DNA of 50,354 bases from an uncultured Pelagibacteraceae bacterium (GTDB taxonomy: Bacteria; Pseudomonadota; Alphaproteobacteria; Pelagibacterales; Pelagibacteraceae), in the NCBI GenBank assembly GCA_905612535.1, contig CAJQSJ010000008.1, positions 1 through 50,354 of the forward strand, given 5' to 3'. Shown in pieces: positions 28,025-36,628 of the stretch. The notes under the pieces were generated by a model that saw only the letters and a list, made by a program, of their open reading frames with translations, was not told where the DNA came from and did not search any database. How positions within the stretch are numbered: position 1 is the stretch's first letter; every line of letters starts with the position of its first letter. A program made the translations under genes and the position numbers.

Positions 28025-30388
28025 TTAATAAAATTTTAAAATTTTTTTTTCTTTTTCTGAATCATAAAAGTCTAATCTATCTTTATTTGAAAGTTTTTCA
28101 AGATTAGTAAAAAAATTATTTTTTGATTTAAAAGATTCATATATGGTCTTTTTTGTATCTTTATCGGGAGGTAAACCAGTTTCTACATCTACCATTATAA
28201 AATGAATGTTTTTGGGAATTTTAAATGGGCGTGCATCTCCTTTTTTTACTGCATTTTTTACAAAATCTTTAAATATTGGTAATGCAGCTTTTGCTCCAGT
28301 TTCATATTTTCCCAACGTTTTAGGTTCGTCAAATCCCACGTATACACCTATTACTAATTTTGAAGTGTATCCTATAAACCAAGCATCCATATTTTTGTTT
28401 GTAGTACCCGTCTTTCCAGCTAAATTTAAATTTAGATTTTTTAACTTTCTTCCGGTTCCTCTTTTAATAACACCTTCCATCATTGATGTAATCTGATAAG
28501 CGGTTTCAGGTGAAATGATTTGTTTTTTATTATCTTGTATTGTTGGCGCTTCTTCTTCTGAATATGATATTCTTTCACAACCTAAGCACTTTCTTTTATC
28601 AGCGTTAAAGATAGTTTTACCTCTTCTATCTTGAATTCTATCTATGAAAATAGGATTAACTTTCTTTCCTCCATTAACAAATGTTGAGTAAGCATTCGTA
28701 ATTTTAATTAGTGTTGTTTCGGCAGAACCTAAGGATACAGACAAGAGCTCAGGTACATCTTTATAAATTCCAAAACTATCAGTAAATTTTGTTATCTTTT
28801 TAAAACCAAGTTGTTGAGCAACTCTCACGGTCATTAAATTTCTTGATTTTTCAATACCAGTTCTTAGTGTTGAGGGTCCATAAAATTTTTTACCATAATT
28901 TTCTGGTTTCCAAGTTTTTAATCCTTCTCCTTGATCTATTACAAATGGAGCGTCTAGAACTAAAGTTGAAGGTGTAAATCCATTTTCTAAAGCGGCGGCA
29001 TACACAAAAGGTTTAAAGGCTGATCCTGGTTGTCTTTTGGCTTGTGTTGCTCTATTAAACTCACTTAATTTAAAACTAAAGCCGCCTGCCATGGCAAGCA
29101 CTCTTCCGGTGTACGGGTCCATAACTACAATTGCCCCATTAACTTTAGGAAGTTGTTTTAATACCCATTCATCTTTAGTTTTGTTAATTTTTTTTACATA
29201 AATAATATCATTTAATTTTATAAATTCATCAAAACTTTTGTTTCTTGTCCAGCTTGTAGTGCTAAAATCAACAAATCCTTTCTCTTTATTATCTGTTTCT
29301 ATAAAAATTTTTAACTTATTTATTTTGGTAACTCTTGCTAAATTCCACATCAAGCTTTTGTCAATTTTTAATTCCTTAACTTTATTTATCCAGTCATTAT
29401 TTTTTAAATTTTTTATTACCCCTCTCCATCCGTGTCTTTTATCATATGCTTCAAGATTTTTTCGAAGAGCATTTAAAGCTTCTACTTGATACAATGAATT
29501 TAATGGCGTTCTTATAGACAGACCACCTTTATATAAGTCATTATAACCATATTTGTCGCTAATTATCCTTCGGACCTCCTCAGAGTAAAAATTCGCTTCT
29601 TCGATTAATTTGATTTTTCTTTTTTTTAATTTTATTGGTTTAATTTTTAAACTATCATGCTGTTTTTTGCTTATATATGAATTTTCAAATAAATTTTGCA
29701 ATACTATGTTTCTGCGAATTTTAGCAATTTTTTTTTTTTTATATGGATTATATTTACTTGGAGCTTTTGGAAGAGCCGCTAACAAAGCTGCCTCACTATA
29801 GTCTAGCTCTCCAACCGCTTTGTCAAAATATTCTAAGCTAGCAGCAGCTACACCATACGTTCCTTCACCCAAATATATCTGGTTGAGATACAGCTCCATT
29901 ATTCTTTCTTTTGAATATGCTCTTTCAATCCTAAAAGCCAATATAGCTTCTTTAATTTTTCTTTTTACAGAAACTTCATTTGTTAATAAAAAATTTTTTG
30001 CAACCTGTTGAGTTATTGTTGATGCTCCTTCTAACCTTTTTTTAGAAGTAATATTTTTTAAATTTTTAATCATAGCTCTACTTATGCTTTTAACATCTAC
30101 GCCAGGATGAGAGAAAAAATTTTTGTCTTCAGAAGATAAGAATGCATTTATTACTTTTTTTGGAATTGAATTATATGATATAAAAATTCTTTTTTGCGTT
30201 GAATATTCTGCTATTAGCTGTCCTTCTCCTGAATGCACTCTACTTGACACAGGTGGTTTATAATTTGCAAGTATTTTGTAATCAGGTAAATCTGAAGAAA
30301 AATACAAAAATGTTGAAAAAACAAAAATTAAAACTATCGTAAAAATAACAATTAAAGGTTTTATAATTTTTTTTAGGATAAATAACAT
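28025..30388 (-). CDS. mrcA: Bifunctional class A penicillin-binding protein 1A (glycosyltransferase + transpeptidase)
   Basis: 787 aa. N-terminal TM anchor. GT51 motifs EDKNFFSHPG, GASTITQQ, RKIKE. Transpeptidase SxxK (SAFKP), SxN (SRN), KTG (GKTGTT). Confidence 0.95.
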   Translation of the reverse strand: MLFILKKIIKPLIVIFTIVLIFVFSTFLYFSSDLPDYKILANYKPPVSSRVHSGEGQLIAEYSTQKRIFISYNSIPKKVINAFLSSEDKNFFSHPGVDVKSISRAMIKNLKNITSKKRLEGASTITQQVAKNFLLTNEVSVKRKIKEAILAFRIERAYSKERIMELYLNQIYLGEGTYGVAAASLEYFDKAVGELDYSEAALLAALPKAPSKYNPYKKKKIAKIRRNIVLQNLFENSYISKKQHDSLKIKPIKLKKRKIKLIEEANFYSEEVRRIISDKYGYNDLYKGGLSIRTPLNSLYQVEALNALRKNLEAYDKRHGWRGVIKNLKNNDWINKVKELKIDKSLMWNLARVTKINKLKIFIETDNKEKGFVDFSTTSWTRNKSFDEFIKLNDIIYVKKINKTKDEWVLKQLPKVNGAIVVMDPYTGRVLAMAGGFSFKLSEFNRATQAKRQPGSAFKPFVYAAALENGFTPSTLVLDAPFVIDQGEGLKTWKPENYGKKFYGPSTLRTGIEKSRNLMTVRVAQQLGFKKITKFTDSFGIYKDVPELLSVSLGSAETTLIKITNAYSTFVNGGKKVNPIFIDRIQDRRGKTIFNADKRKCLGCERISYSEEEAPTIQDNKKQIISPETAYQITSMMEGVIKRGTGRKLKNLNLNLAGKTGTTNKNMDAWFIGYTSKLVIGVYVGFDEPKTLGKYETGAKAALPIFKDFVKNAVKKGDARPFKIPKNIHFIMVDVETGLPPDKDTKKTIYESFKSKNNFFTNLEKLSNKDRLDFYDSEKEKKILKFY

Positions 30389-30549
30389 AAATTCATAGAA
30401 ATAATCTAATTTTGGCCTTCTTATGGCGCTTTATATAATACATGACAATTGTATATATTTATGCATAAATGTGAGATATATTAATTTAATATATTAACAA
30501 AATTACTAATTATGAAATTAAAAATCACTACAAACAGGAATAAACTTTC

Positions 30550-31353
30550 ATGGAAAAAAATTTATACATTGATGCATCGCATCCAGACGAAACTAGAGTT
30601 GTACTTAAATCTAAAGACCATATCGAAGAATACGAGTACGAAAATAAAAATAAACTCAATTCAAAAAATAATATTTATTTAGGTAAAATAAGTAGGATTG
30701 AACCTTCTTTACAAGCTGCTTTTGTAAATTACGGAAAGCAACGTCATGGTTTTTTGGCATTTAATGACGTTCAGTCAGATTATTATCAAATACCCCACGA
30801 TGATAAAGAAAAATTAAAAAAAGAAGAAGAGGACTTAAGATTAAAACTTAAAGAAGAAAGTAATAGCGTTGACGAATCTATAAAATCTTTAAATCAAAAC
30901 GATGGTTCGATTGGTACAAACGAGAATATTGAATTAATTAATAAGAACAAAAATGAAAACCCTGTAGCTGAAAAAAACAGTCACTTTAATACTTTAAAAA
31001 AAAAATATGCCATTAGAAGGTATAAAATACAAGAGGTTCTAAAACCCGATCAAATTGTTTTAATACAGGTGCTGAAAGACGAAAGAGGTCAAAAAGGCGC
31101 AGCATTAACAACTTTTATATCTCTGGCTGGAAAGTATAGCGTTTTGATGCCAAATACATCTAAGGGAGGAGGCATTTCAAGAAAAATAGTAAACTCTGAT
31201 GATAGAAGAAAAATAAGAACAATACTTCAGCAAATAGCAATCCCTAAAAGTATGGGAGTGATAGTTAGAACAGCAGGGTTAAATAAAACAAAAAATGATC
31301 TTGATAAAGATATTTTAAATACTATTAGCGTTTGGGGAAAATATAAAAGATAA
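30550..31353 (+). CDS. rne: Ribonuclease E/G, N-terminal segment (S1 / 5'-sensor part); the reading frame breaks at its end
   Basis: 267 aa. MEKNLYIDASHPDETRVV, S1 motif NIYLGKISRIEPSLQAAFVNYG, KGAALTTFISLAGKYSVLMP, GVIVRTAG. Stops just after the conserved Trp (ISVWGKYKR*), where the family continues. Confidence 0.88.
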   Translation: MEKNLYIDASHPDETRVVLKSKDHIEEYEYENKNKLNSKNNIYLGKISRIEPSLQAAFVNYGKQRHGFLAFNDVQSDYYQIPHDDKEKLKKEEEDLRLKLKEESNSVDESIKSLNQNDGSIGTNENIELINKNKNENPVAEKNSHFNTLKKKYAIRRYKIQEVLKPDQIVLIQVLKDERGQKGAALTTFISLAGKYSVLMPNTSKGGGISRKIVNSDDRRKIRTILQQIAIPKSMGVIVRTAGLNKTKNDLDKDILNTISVWGKYKR

Positions 31354-31357
31354 AGCG

Positions 31358-32377
31358 GTGATATCTATAGCTCCAGCTCTTGTCTATGAAGAGGGTAACT
31401 TAATCAAAAGATCGCTAAGAGATATGAATGATAACGAAACAAAAAATATAATTATAGATGGAAATGAAGGTTATCAAGAAGCAAAAGGTTATTCAAAACT
31501 ATCAATGCCTGAAAACATAAAAAAAATTAAAAAATACAAAGGCAAGATACCGCTATTTCATGACATGGGGATAGAAAAAGATTTAAATAAAATTTTTGAT
31601 TCATCTGTTAAATTAACTTCGGGTGGATACTTGGTAATTAATCCTACAGAAGCACTAGTATCTATTGATATTAATTCTGGACAATCAATTAAGGAAGTTA
31701 ATATCGAAAAAACTGCATTAAAAACTAATCTTGAGGCAGCTGAAGAGATCGCAAGACAAATCAAAATAAGAGATCTCTCAGGTTTAATAGTGATTGATTT
31801 TATAGATATGCTAAGTTTTCATAATAGAAAAAATGTTGAAAAAACTTTAAAAGAAAAACTAAAAGATGATCGAGCAAGAATACAATTTGGAAGAATTGGT
31901 AACTTTGGTTTGCTGGAGATGACGAGACAAAGACTAAGAGAAAGTTCTGTTAAGTGGAATATGGTGCTTTCTATTGATTCTTTTGCTTTAAAAATTGTTA
32001 AAAAATCTGAAGAGTTAGCTTTTTCTAACAAAGCTAAAATTGTTGACGTTAGTATACCTGAAAAAGTTAAAATTTATATTGAACAAAATTTAAGCAAAGA
32101 AATAAATTATTTTAAAACTAAATATAAGCTTGAATTTAATTTAATTTCAGACAAAAGTTTAATAATCCCTGAATATAAAATTAATTTATTAAACAAAGCT
32201 AAAAAAAGTATTAAAAAAGTTGAAAACGTTGAAGTAGTCACGAATAATATCATTCAGAAAAACCATATTAGAAATAGTTTTGGAAATAAAAAACAGACCA
32301 TCAATAATACATATAAGAAAAAATTTAAAACTCAAAAAAAAATAAAAAAAAATATTTCTGTTCCTAAAAGTGTATAA
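31358..32377 (+). CDS. rne: Ribonuclease E/G, C-terminal segment (DNase I-like catalytic and Zn-link/small domain), in the +1 frame relative to the first segment
   Basis: 339 aa from a GTG. APALVYEEGNLIKRSLRD, IPLFHDMGIEKDL, TEALVSIDINSG and LIVIDFIDM (catalytic Asp blocks), RIGNFGLLEMTRQR. This continues the homology exactly where the upstream ORF stops. Confidence 0.88.
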   Translation: MISIAPALVYEEGNLIKRSLRDMNDNETKNIIIDGNEGYQEAKGYSKLSMPENIKKIKKYKGKIPLFHDMGIEKDLNKIFDSSVKLTSGGYLVINPTEALVSIDINSGQSIKEVNIEKTALKTNLEAAEEIARQIKIRDLSGLIVIDFIDMLSFHNRKNVEKTLKEKLKDDRARIQFGRIGNFGLLEMTRQRLRESSVKWNMVLSIDSFALKIVKKSEELAFSNKAKIVDVSIPEKVKIYIEQNLSKEINYFKTKYKLEFNLISDKSLIIPEYKINLLNKAKKSIKKVENVEVVTNNIIQKNHIRNSFGNKKQTINNTYKKKFKTQKKIKKNISVPKSV

Positions 32378-32393
32378 AATATTATATTAATTT

Positions 32394-33164
32394 TTATATT
32401 AAGTTTTTTTCTGGAGAGGACGCTCTCCCATATCTTCTTTTTTTCATTCTTTCTGCTAAAAACGCTTTTCGTCCTGCTGCTACAGCATACTTCATTGATT
32501 CTGCCATTAATATAGAATCCGAAGCTTCGGCAATAGCTGTATTAACTAAAACACCATCGCAACCTAATTCCATGGCTATAGTTGCATCTGATGCGGTTCC
32601 TATTCCGGCATCAACTATGACCGGAACAGTTGACTGCTTCTTTATAATTTTAATATTATTGCTGTTTTGTATGCCTAAGCCAGATCCAATTGGAGAGCCT
32701 AAAGGCATAATTGCGCATGCACCAACGTCTTCTAATTTTTTTGTCATAATAGGATCGTCTGTACAATAAACCATAACTTCAAAACCTTCTTGAACTAAAA
32801 TTTCAGTAGATTTTATAGTTTCAATCATATTTGGATATAAAGTTTTTTTATCTCCAAGCACCTCAAGTTTTACTAGTTTCCAGCCACCCATTTCCCTTGC
32901 CAATCTTAAAGTTCTTAGAGCGTCATCAGAGGTAAAGCAGCCTGCAGTATTTGGAAGGTATGTAATTTTTTTAGGATCCAAATAATCCATTAATATAGGC
33001 TGATCCTTATCTAAAATATTCACTCTGCGAACAGCAACTGTTACTAAATCTGCACCTGACTTTTTTACAGCACTTGCTGTTTCTGAAAAATCTTTGTATT
33101 TTCCTGTGCCAACAATTAATCGTGATGTAAAATTTTTGTTAGCAATTATAAATTTGTCTTCCAT
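32394..33164 (-). CDS. thiG: Thiazole synthase ThiG
   Basis: 256 aa. [39 protein letters not shown] blocks. Confidence 0.95.
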   Translation of the reverse strand: MEDKFIIANKNFTSRLIVGTGKYKDFSETASAVKKSGADLVTVAVRRVNILDKDQPILMDYLDPKKITYLPNTAGCFTSDDALRTLRLAREMGGWKLVKLEVLGDKKTLYPNMIETIKSTEILVQEGFEVMVYCTDDPIMTKKLEDVGACAIMPLGSPIGSGLGIQNSNNIKIIKKQSTVPVIVDAGIGTASDATIAMELGCDGVLVNTAIAEASDSILMAESMKYAVAAGRKAFLAERMKKRRYGRASSPEKNLI

Positions 33165-33168
33165 GAAA

Positions 33169-33387
33169 TTACCCTCCTCCTATAAAGTGAACGATTTCAA
33201 CTTTGTCATTATTGTTTAAAACTAAACTTTCATATCCTCTTTTCTCGATAATTTTACCATTAACTTCTATTGCCACCTTGTTCTTTTGGATTTTAAGGTT
33301 ATTTAATAATTTTTCTAAACTATCTCCAGTTTTTATTTTATGAGAATCTCCATTTAATTGTATTTTTGTCGCATTTAAGTTATTCAT
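33169..33387 (-). CDS. thiS: Sulfur-carrier protein ThiS
   Basis: 72 aa, ubiquitin-like size, ends in GG (HFIGGG). Located 4 nt upstream of thiG. Confidence 0.85.
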   Translation of the reverse strand: MNNLNATKIQLNGDSHKIKTGDSLEKLLNNLKIQKNKVAIEVNGKIIEKRGYESLVLNNNDKVEIVHFIGGG

Positions 33388-33409
33388 TATATTATTTTAA
33401 CTTATTTAA

Positions 33410-33841
33410 ATGACAAAAAAAATACTAATAATAAATGGACCTAATTTAAATCTTCTGGGAAATAGGGAGGAATCAAAGTATGGAAAAACGACTCTAGAAG
33501 AAGTTAAAAAAAATTGTGAATTGCATGCAAAATTAATTGATGTAGAAATTAACTTCATCCAATCAAATATTGAAGGAGAAATTGTAACAATAATACAAAA
33601 GTCTAAAGGCAACTTTGATGGAATTATAATTAATGCAGCGGGTTATACTCATACATCTGTTGCAATTTTAGATGCTTTATTAGCTATTAAAATTCCCACA
33701 ATAGAATTGCATATTACAAATATTTATAATAGAGAAGAATTTAGAAAGAAATCCTTAATAAGTAAGGCTGCCAATGGAATAATTTGTGGATTTGGCGTAA
33801 ATGGTTATATAATGGCTTTAGATTCTATAAAAAAACTTTAA
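33410..33841 (+). CDS. aroQ: Type II 3-dehydroquinate dehydratase
   Basis: 143 aa. ILIINGPNLNLLGNREESKYG, NAAGYTHTSVA, IELHITNI motifs. Conserved aroQ-accB-accC order. Confidence 0.95.
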   Translation: MTKKILIINGPNLNLLGNREESKYGKTTLEEVKKNCELHAKLIDVEINFIQSNIEGEIVTIIQKSKGNFDGIIINAAGYTHTSVAILDALLAIKIPTIELHITNIYNREEFRKKSLISKAANGIICGFGVNGYIMALDSIKKL

Positions 33842-33850
33842 TGAAATAAA

Positions 33851-34267
33851 ATGGAAATTAATAAAAAAATTATAGAAGAGCTCGTAGGTTACTTAAAAGA
33901 ATATAATCTTAGTGAAATAGAATATGCTGAAGGACAAACAAAAGTAAAAGTTTCAAAATCAATAAATAATTCTGGAGTTATGGCTCCTCTTGTTCACAAA
34001 AGTAAATCAAAAACTGTAGATAGTCTAGATGCAAATTTAAAAGTAACTTCTCCAATAGTTGGTACAGCATATTTGGCGCTGGAACCTGGTAAAAAAAAAT
34101 TTATTGAAATAGGACAAAAAATAAAAAAAGGACAAACGATAATGATAGTCGAGGCAATGAAAACTATGAATCACGTTCCCTCTACATCAGATGGAATTGT
34201 AGATAAAATTTTAGTAAAAGATGGAGAGCCAGTAGAGTTTGGGCAAAACCTTATTTCTTTAAAATAA
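33851..34267 (+). CDS. accB: Acetyl-CoA carboxylase biotin carboxyl carrier protein
   Basis: 138 aa. Biotinyl-lysine motif VEAMKTMN in a lipoyl-like C-terminal domain. Confidence 0.93.
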   Translation: MEINKKIIEELVGYLKEYNLSEIEYAEGQTKVKVSKSINNSGVMAPLVHKSKSKTVDSLDANLKVTSPIVGTAYLALEPGKKKFIEIGQKIKKGQTIMIVEAMKTMNHVPSTSDGIVDKILVKDGEPVEFGQNLISLK

Positions 34268-34270
34268 TTA

Positions 34271-35608
34271 ATGTTTAAAAAAATTTTAGTCGCTAATAGA
34301 GGAGAAATTGCCGTACGTATAATCAGAGCTTGTAAGGAATGGGGTATTTCTACAGTAGCAGTTCATTCTAATGTTGATTCTGAATCAATGCACGTAAGAT
34401 TGGCTGATGAAAGTATATGCATAGGATCTCATCAACCGCAAAATAGTTATTTAAATATTTCTGCACTCATGTCAGCTGCAGATATTACTGGTGCAGAAGC
34501 CATACATCCAGGTTATGGTTTTTTATCGGAGAATGCACGGTTTGCAAAAATAGTCACAGACCAGGGAATTAAATTTATAGGTCCTGATTCAGATTTAATT
34601 AAAAAAATGGGTAATAAAATTGAAGCAAAAAGAATTGCAAAAGAAAATGGTTTGCCTGTTATAGAAGGATCTGAAGGAGCCCTTAATACAGTTAATGAAG
34701 CTAAAAATGTTATTAATAAAATTGGCTACCCTGTTCTCATCAAAGCTTCTGGTGGCGGCGGTGGAAAAGGAATGAAAATTGTAAACAAACCAGAAGAACT
34801 AGAAAATTTATTTTCTATGGCTAGAGTTGAAGCTAAAAAATATTTTAATAATGATGAAGTATATATAGAAAAATATTATAAAAACCCACGACATATTGAA
34901 GTTCAAATTTTATCAGGAAAAAATAGAACGGTACATTTGAACGAAAGGGATTGCTCTGTACAAAGAAATCACCAAAAACTGATAGAAGAAACGCCAAGTC
35001 CTGTTATACATGAAAAAATTAGATCAGATTTATTAAACAAAACTGTAAAAATGATAGAAAAAATTGGTTATGAAGGAGCTGGTACTGTGGAGTATGTTTA
35101 CGAGAACGAAAAGTTTTATTTCCTTGAAATGAACACAAGAGTACAGGTTGAGCATCCTGTTACTGAAATGGCAACAGGCATAGATATTGTCAAAGAACAA
35201 ATTTGGATTGCAAACTGCGGAAACACAGCTTTAACTCAAGAAAATATTAAGCCAAGAGGTCATGTAATTGAATGTAGAATAAATGCTGAAGATCCTAGTA
35301 AAAATTTTCAACCTTCACCAGGAACAATTACTGTTTGTCATCAACCTTCTGGTTTTAGAACTAGAATAGATGGTGCTATATTTCAGGGATGTAAAATTAC
35401 ACCCTACTACGATAGTTTAATTTGTAAATTAATATGCCAAGGAAGAAATAGAACTGAAGCTATACAAAGAACTTTAAGAGCTTTGGATGAATTTGTTATT
35501 GAAGGAATATCAACGACAATTGGTTTGCATAAAAAAATATTAAATCATAAAAAATTTATAAATTCTGATTTTGATGTAAATTGGTTAGCAAATGAGAAAT
35601 TTTATTAA
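34271..35608 (+). CDS. accC: Acetyl-CoA carboxylase biotin carboxylase subunit
   Basis: 445 aa. KILVANRGEIAVRIIRA, ATP-grasp glycine loop ASGGGGGKGM, EMNTRVQVEHPVTE. Confidence 0.97.
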   Translation: MFKKILVANRGEIAVRIIRACKEWGISTVAVHSNVDSESMHVRLADESICIGSHQPQNSYLNISALMSAADITGAEAIHPGYGFLSENARFAKIVTDQGIKFIGPDSDLIKKMGNKIEAKRIAKENGLPVIEGSEGALNTVNEAKNVINKIGYPVLIKASGGGGGKGMKIVNKPEELENLFSMARVEAKKYFNNDEVYIEKYYKNPRHIEVQILSGKNRTVHLNERDCSVQRNHQKLIEETPSPVIHEKIRSDLLNKTVKMIEKIGYEGAGTVEYVYENEKFYFLEMNTRVQVEHPVTEMATGIDIVKEQIWIANCGNTALTQENIKPRGHVIECRINAEDPSKNFQPSPGTITVCHQPSGFRTRIDGAIFQGCKITPYYDSLICKLICQGRNRTEAIQRTLRALDEFVIEGISTTIGLHKKILNHKKFINSDFDVNWLANEKFY

Positions 35609-36135
35609 ATATTTTCACAACTTATAATCCACAAATCATAAACTGGATGCTCAATGGATTTTAAGGTTGGGCTAGAAGAGAATGTCCATCCATTAAAGAG
35701 AAAAACCTGATTATTGTCTTTGACTGAATTGTCCTTAACCTGAAGATAAGCTACTGTTTCAGTAATATAGTGATCTTTAGAAGGCTGACATTTTAAAACT
35801 TTTATTTCTAACGGACCAAATATTTTTTTTTCTCCAATAACCAACTTTATATCAAAAGTTTTAGCGGTTATTTTATCAAGAGCTTTTATATTTATAAAAA
35901 CTTTTTCACTTTTCTTAGAACGCTTTCTTTCAAGTGTTGTTTTGTCTTTTTTTAGATTTGATATATTTACATCGTTTTTTTCTAATTCATCTTTATCTTC
36001 TTCAAAAGTGGGAGGCAAGTCCTCTAAATTTATTAAAGGGACTGATTTAATTTTATCCGCAGCAAAAAGTATTGCGCTGGTAATAAAAAAAAAAACTAAA
36101 ATTAAAATAAAAAGTTTATGTTTTCCAAGTATCAT
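35605..36135 (-). CDS. Secreted DUF2155-like protein (alphaproteobacterial partner of the NDUFA12-like gene)
   Basis: 176 aa. Signal peptide LFILILVFFFITSAILFA. C-terminal FGPLEIKVLKC...AYLQV...FNGWTFSSSP...HPVYDLW pattern as I recall for DUF2155. Overlaps the upstream gene by 20 nt. Confidence 0.6.
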   Translation of the reverse strand: MILGKHKLFILILVFFFITSAILFAADKIKSVPLINLEDLPPTFEEDKDELEKNDVNISNLKKDKTTLERKRSKKSEKVFINIKALDKITAKTFDIKLVIGEKKIFGPLEIKVLKCQPSKDHYITETVAYLQVKDNSVKDNNQVFLFNGWTFSSSPTLKSIEHPVYDLWIISCENI

Positions 36136-36532
36136 ATTTTTTTATGCTTTTTTTTGCATCAGAAAGTAATGAGCCATTTGGTTTGTAAGCTTTGTTAGTT
36201 CCTGTTAAATTTGGCTCATGTTTTTGTTGCCATTCAAATTTTTTTAAATCATTAGTGGGAGAATTTTTTTTTAAGAAATGAATCCACATATGCCATTCTG
36301 CTGGAATTTGTGAAGCCTCAACTATTTTTTTGTAAATAACCCATCTCTTTCCAGAGTTATTAGAATAATACTTATTCTCAAATTCATCTTTTCCAACATA
36401 TTTTCCATAAATTAATGTATATAAAAAAGTTCCTATGGTCTGGTTGTTCCACCATATAAATATTGATTTGAATAAATTTATCACAAGTTTATTTGATTCG
36501 TTTTTTATTATTTTAAATCCACACAATTGCAA
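36116..36532 (-). CDS. NDUFA12-like protein (homologue of the mitochondrial complex I 17.2-kDa supernumerary subunit)
   Basis: 138 aa. IWWNNQTIGTFLYTLIYGKYVGKDEFENKYY...RWVIY...IPAEWHMWIH is the NDUFA12 family signature. The track start is a TTG. An internal GTG (VINLFKS...) is an equally plausible start. Confidence 0.8.
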   Translation of the reverse strand: MQLCGFKIIKNESNKLVINLFKSIFIWWNNQTIGTFLYTLIYGKYVGKDEFENKYYSNNSGKRWVIYKKIVEASQIPAEWHMWIHFLKKNSPTNDLKKFEWQQKHEPNLTGTNKAYKPNGSLLSDAKKSIKKYDTWKT

Positions 36533-36628
36533 ATTGTAAATAATTTATTAGACTTAAACATTATTTAATATATACCATACAAATATATACTTTAATTAAA
36601 AATTATCACATTTTGGAGATTGAAACTT

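Noticed and set aside
30486-30497. Perfect 12-bp palindrome TTAATATATTAA and flanking ATATATTAA direct repeat in the mrcA/rne spacer, as a protein operator.
   Set aside because: It consists purely of A/T and is expected by chance in a spacer that is nearly all A+T. It is mentioned only as context in the rne-leader finding.
33388-33560. TPP riboswitch upstream of thiS-thiG.
   Set aside because: Only 22 nt separate thiS from aroQ. The complement of the first 150 nt of aroQ contains neither the CUGAGA nor the ACCUGAUCUGGAUAAUGCCAGCG-like conserved elements.
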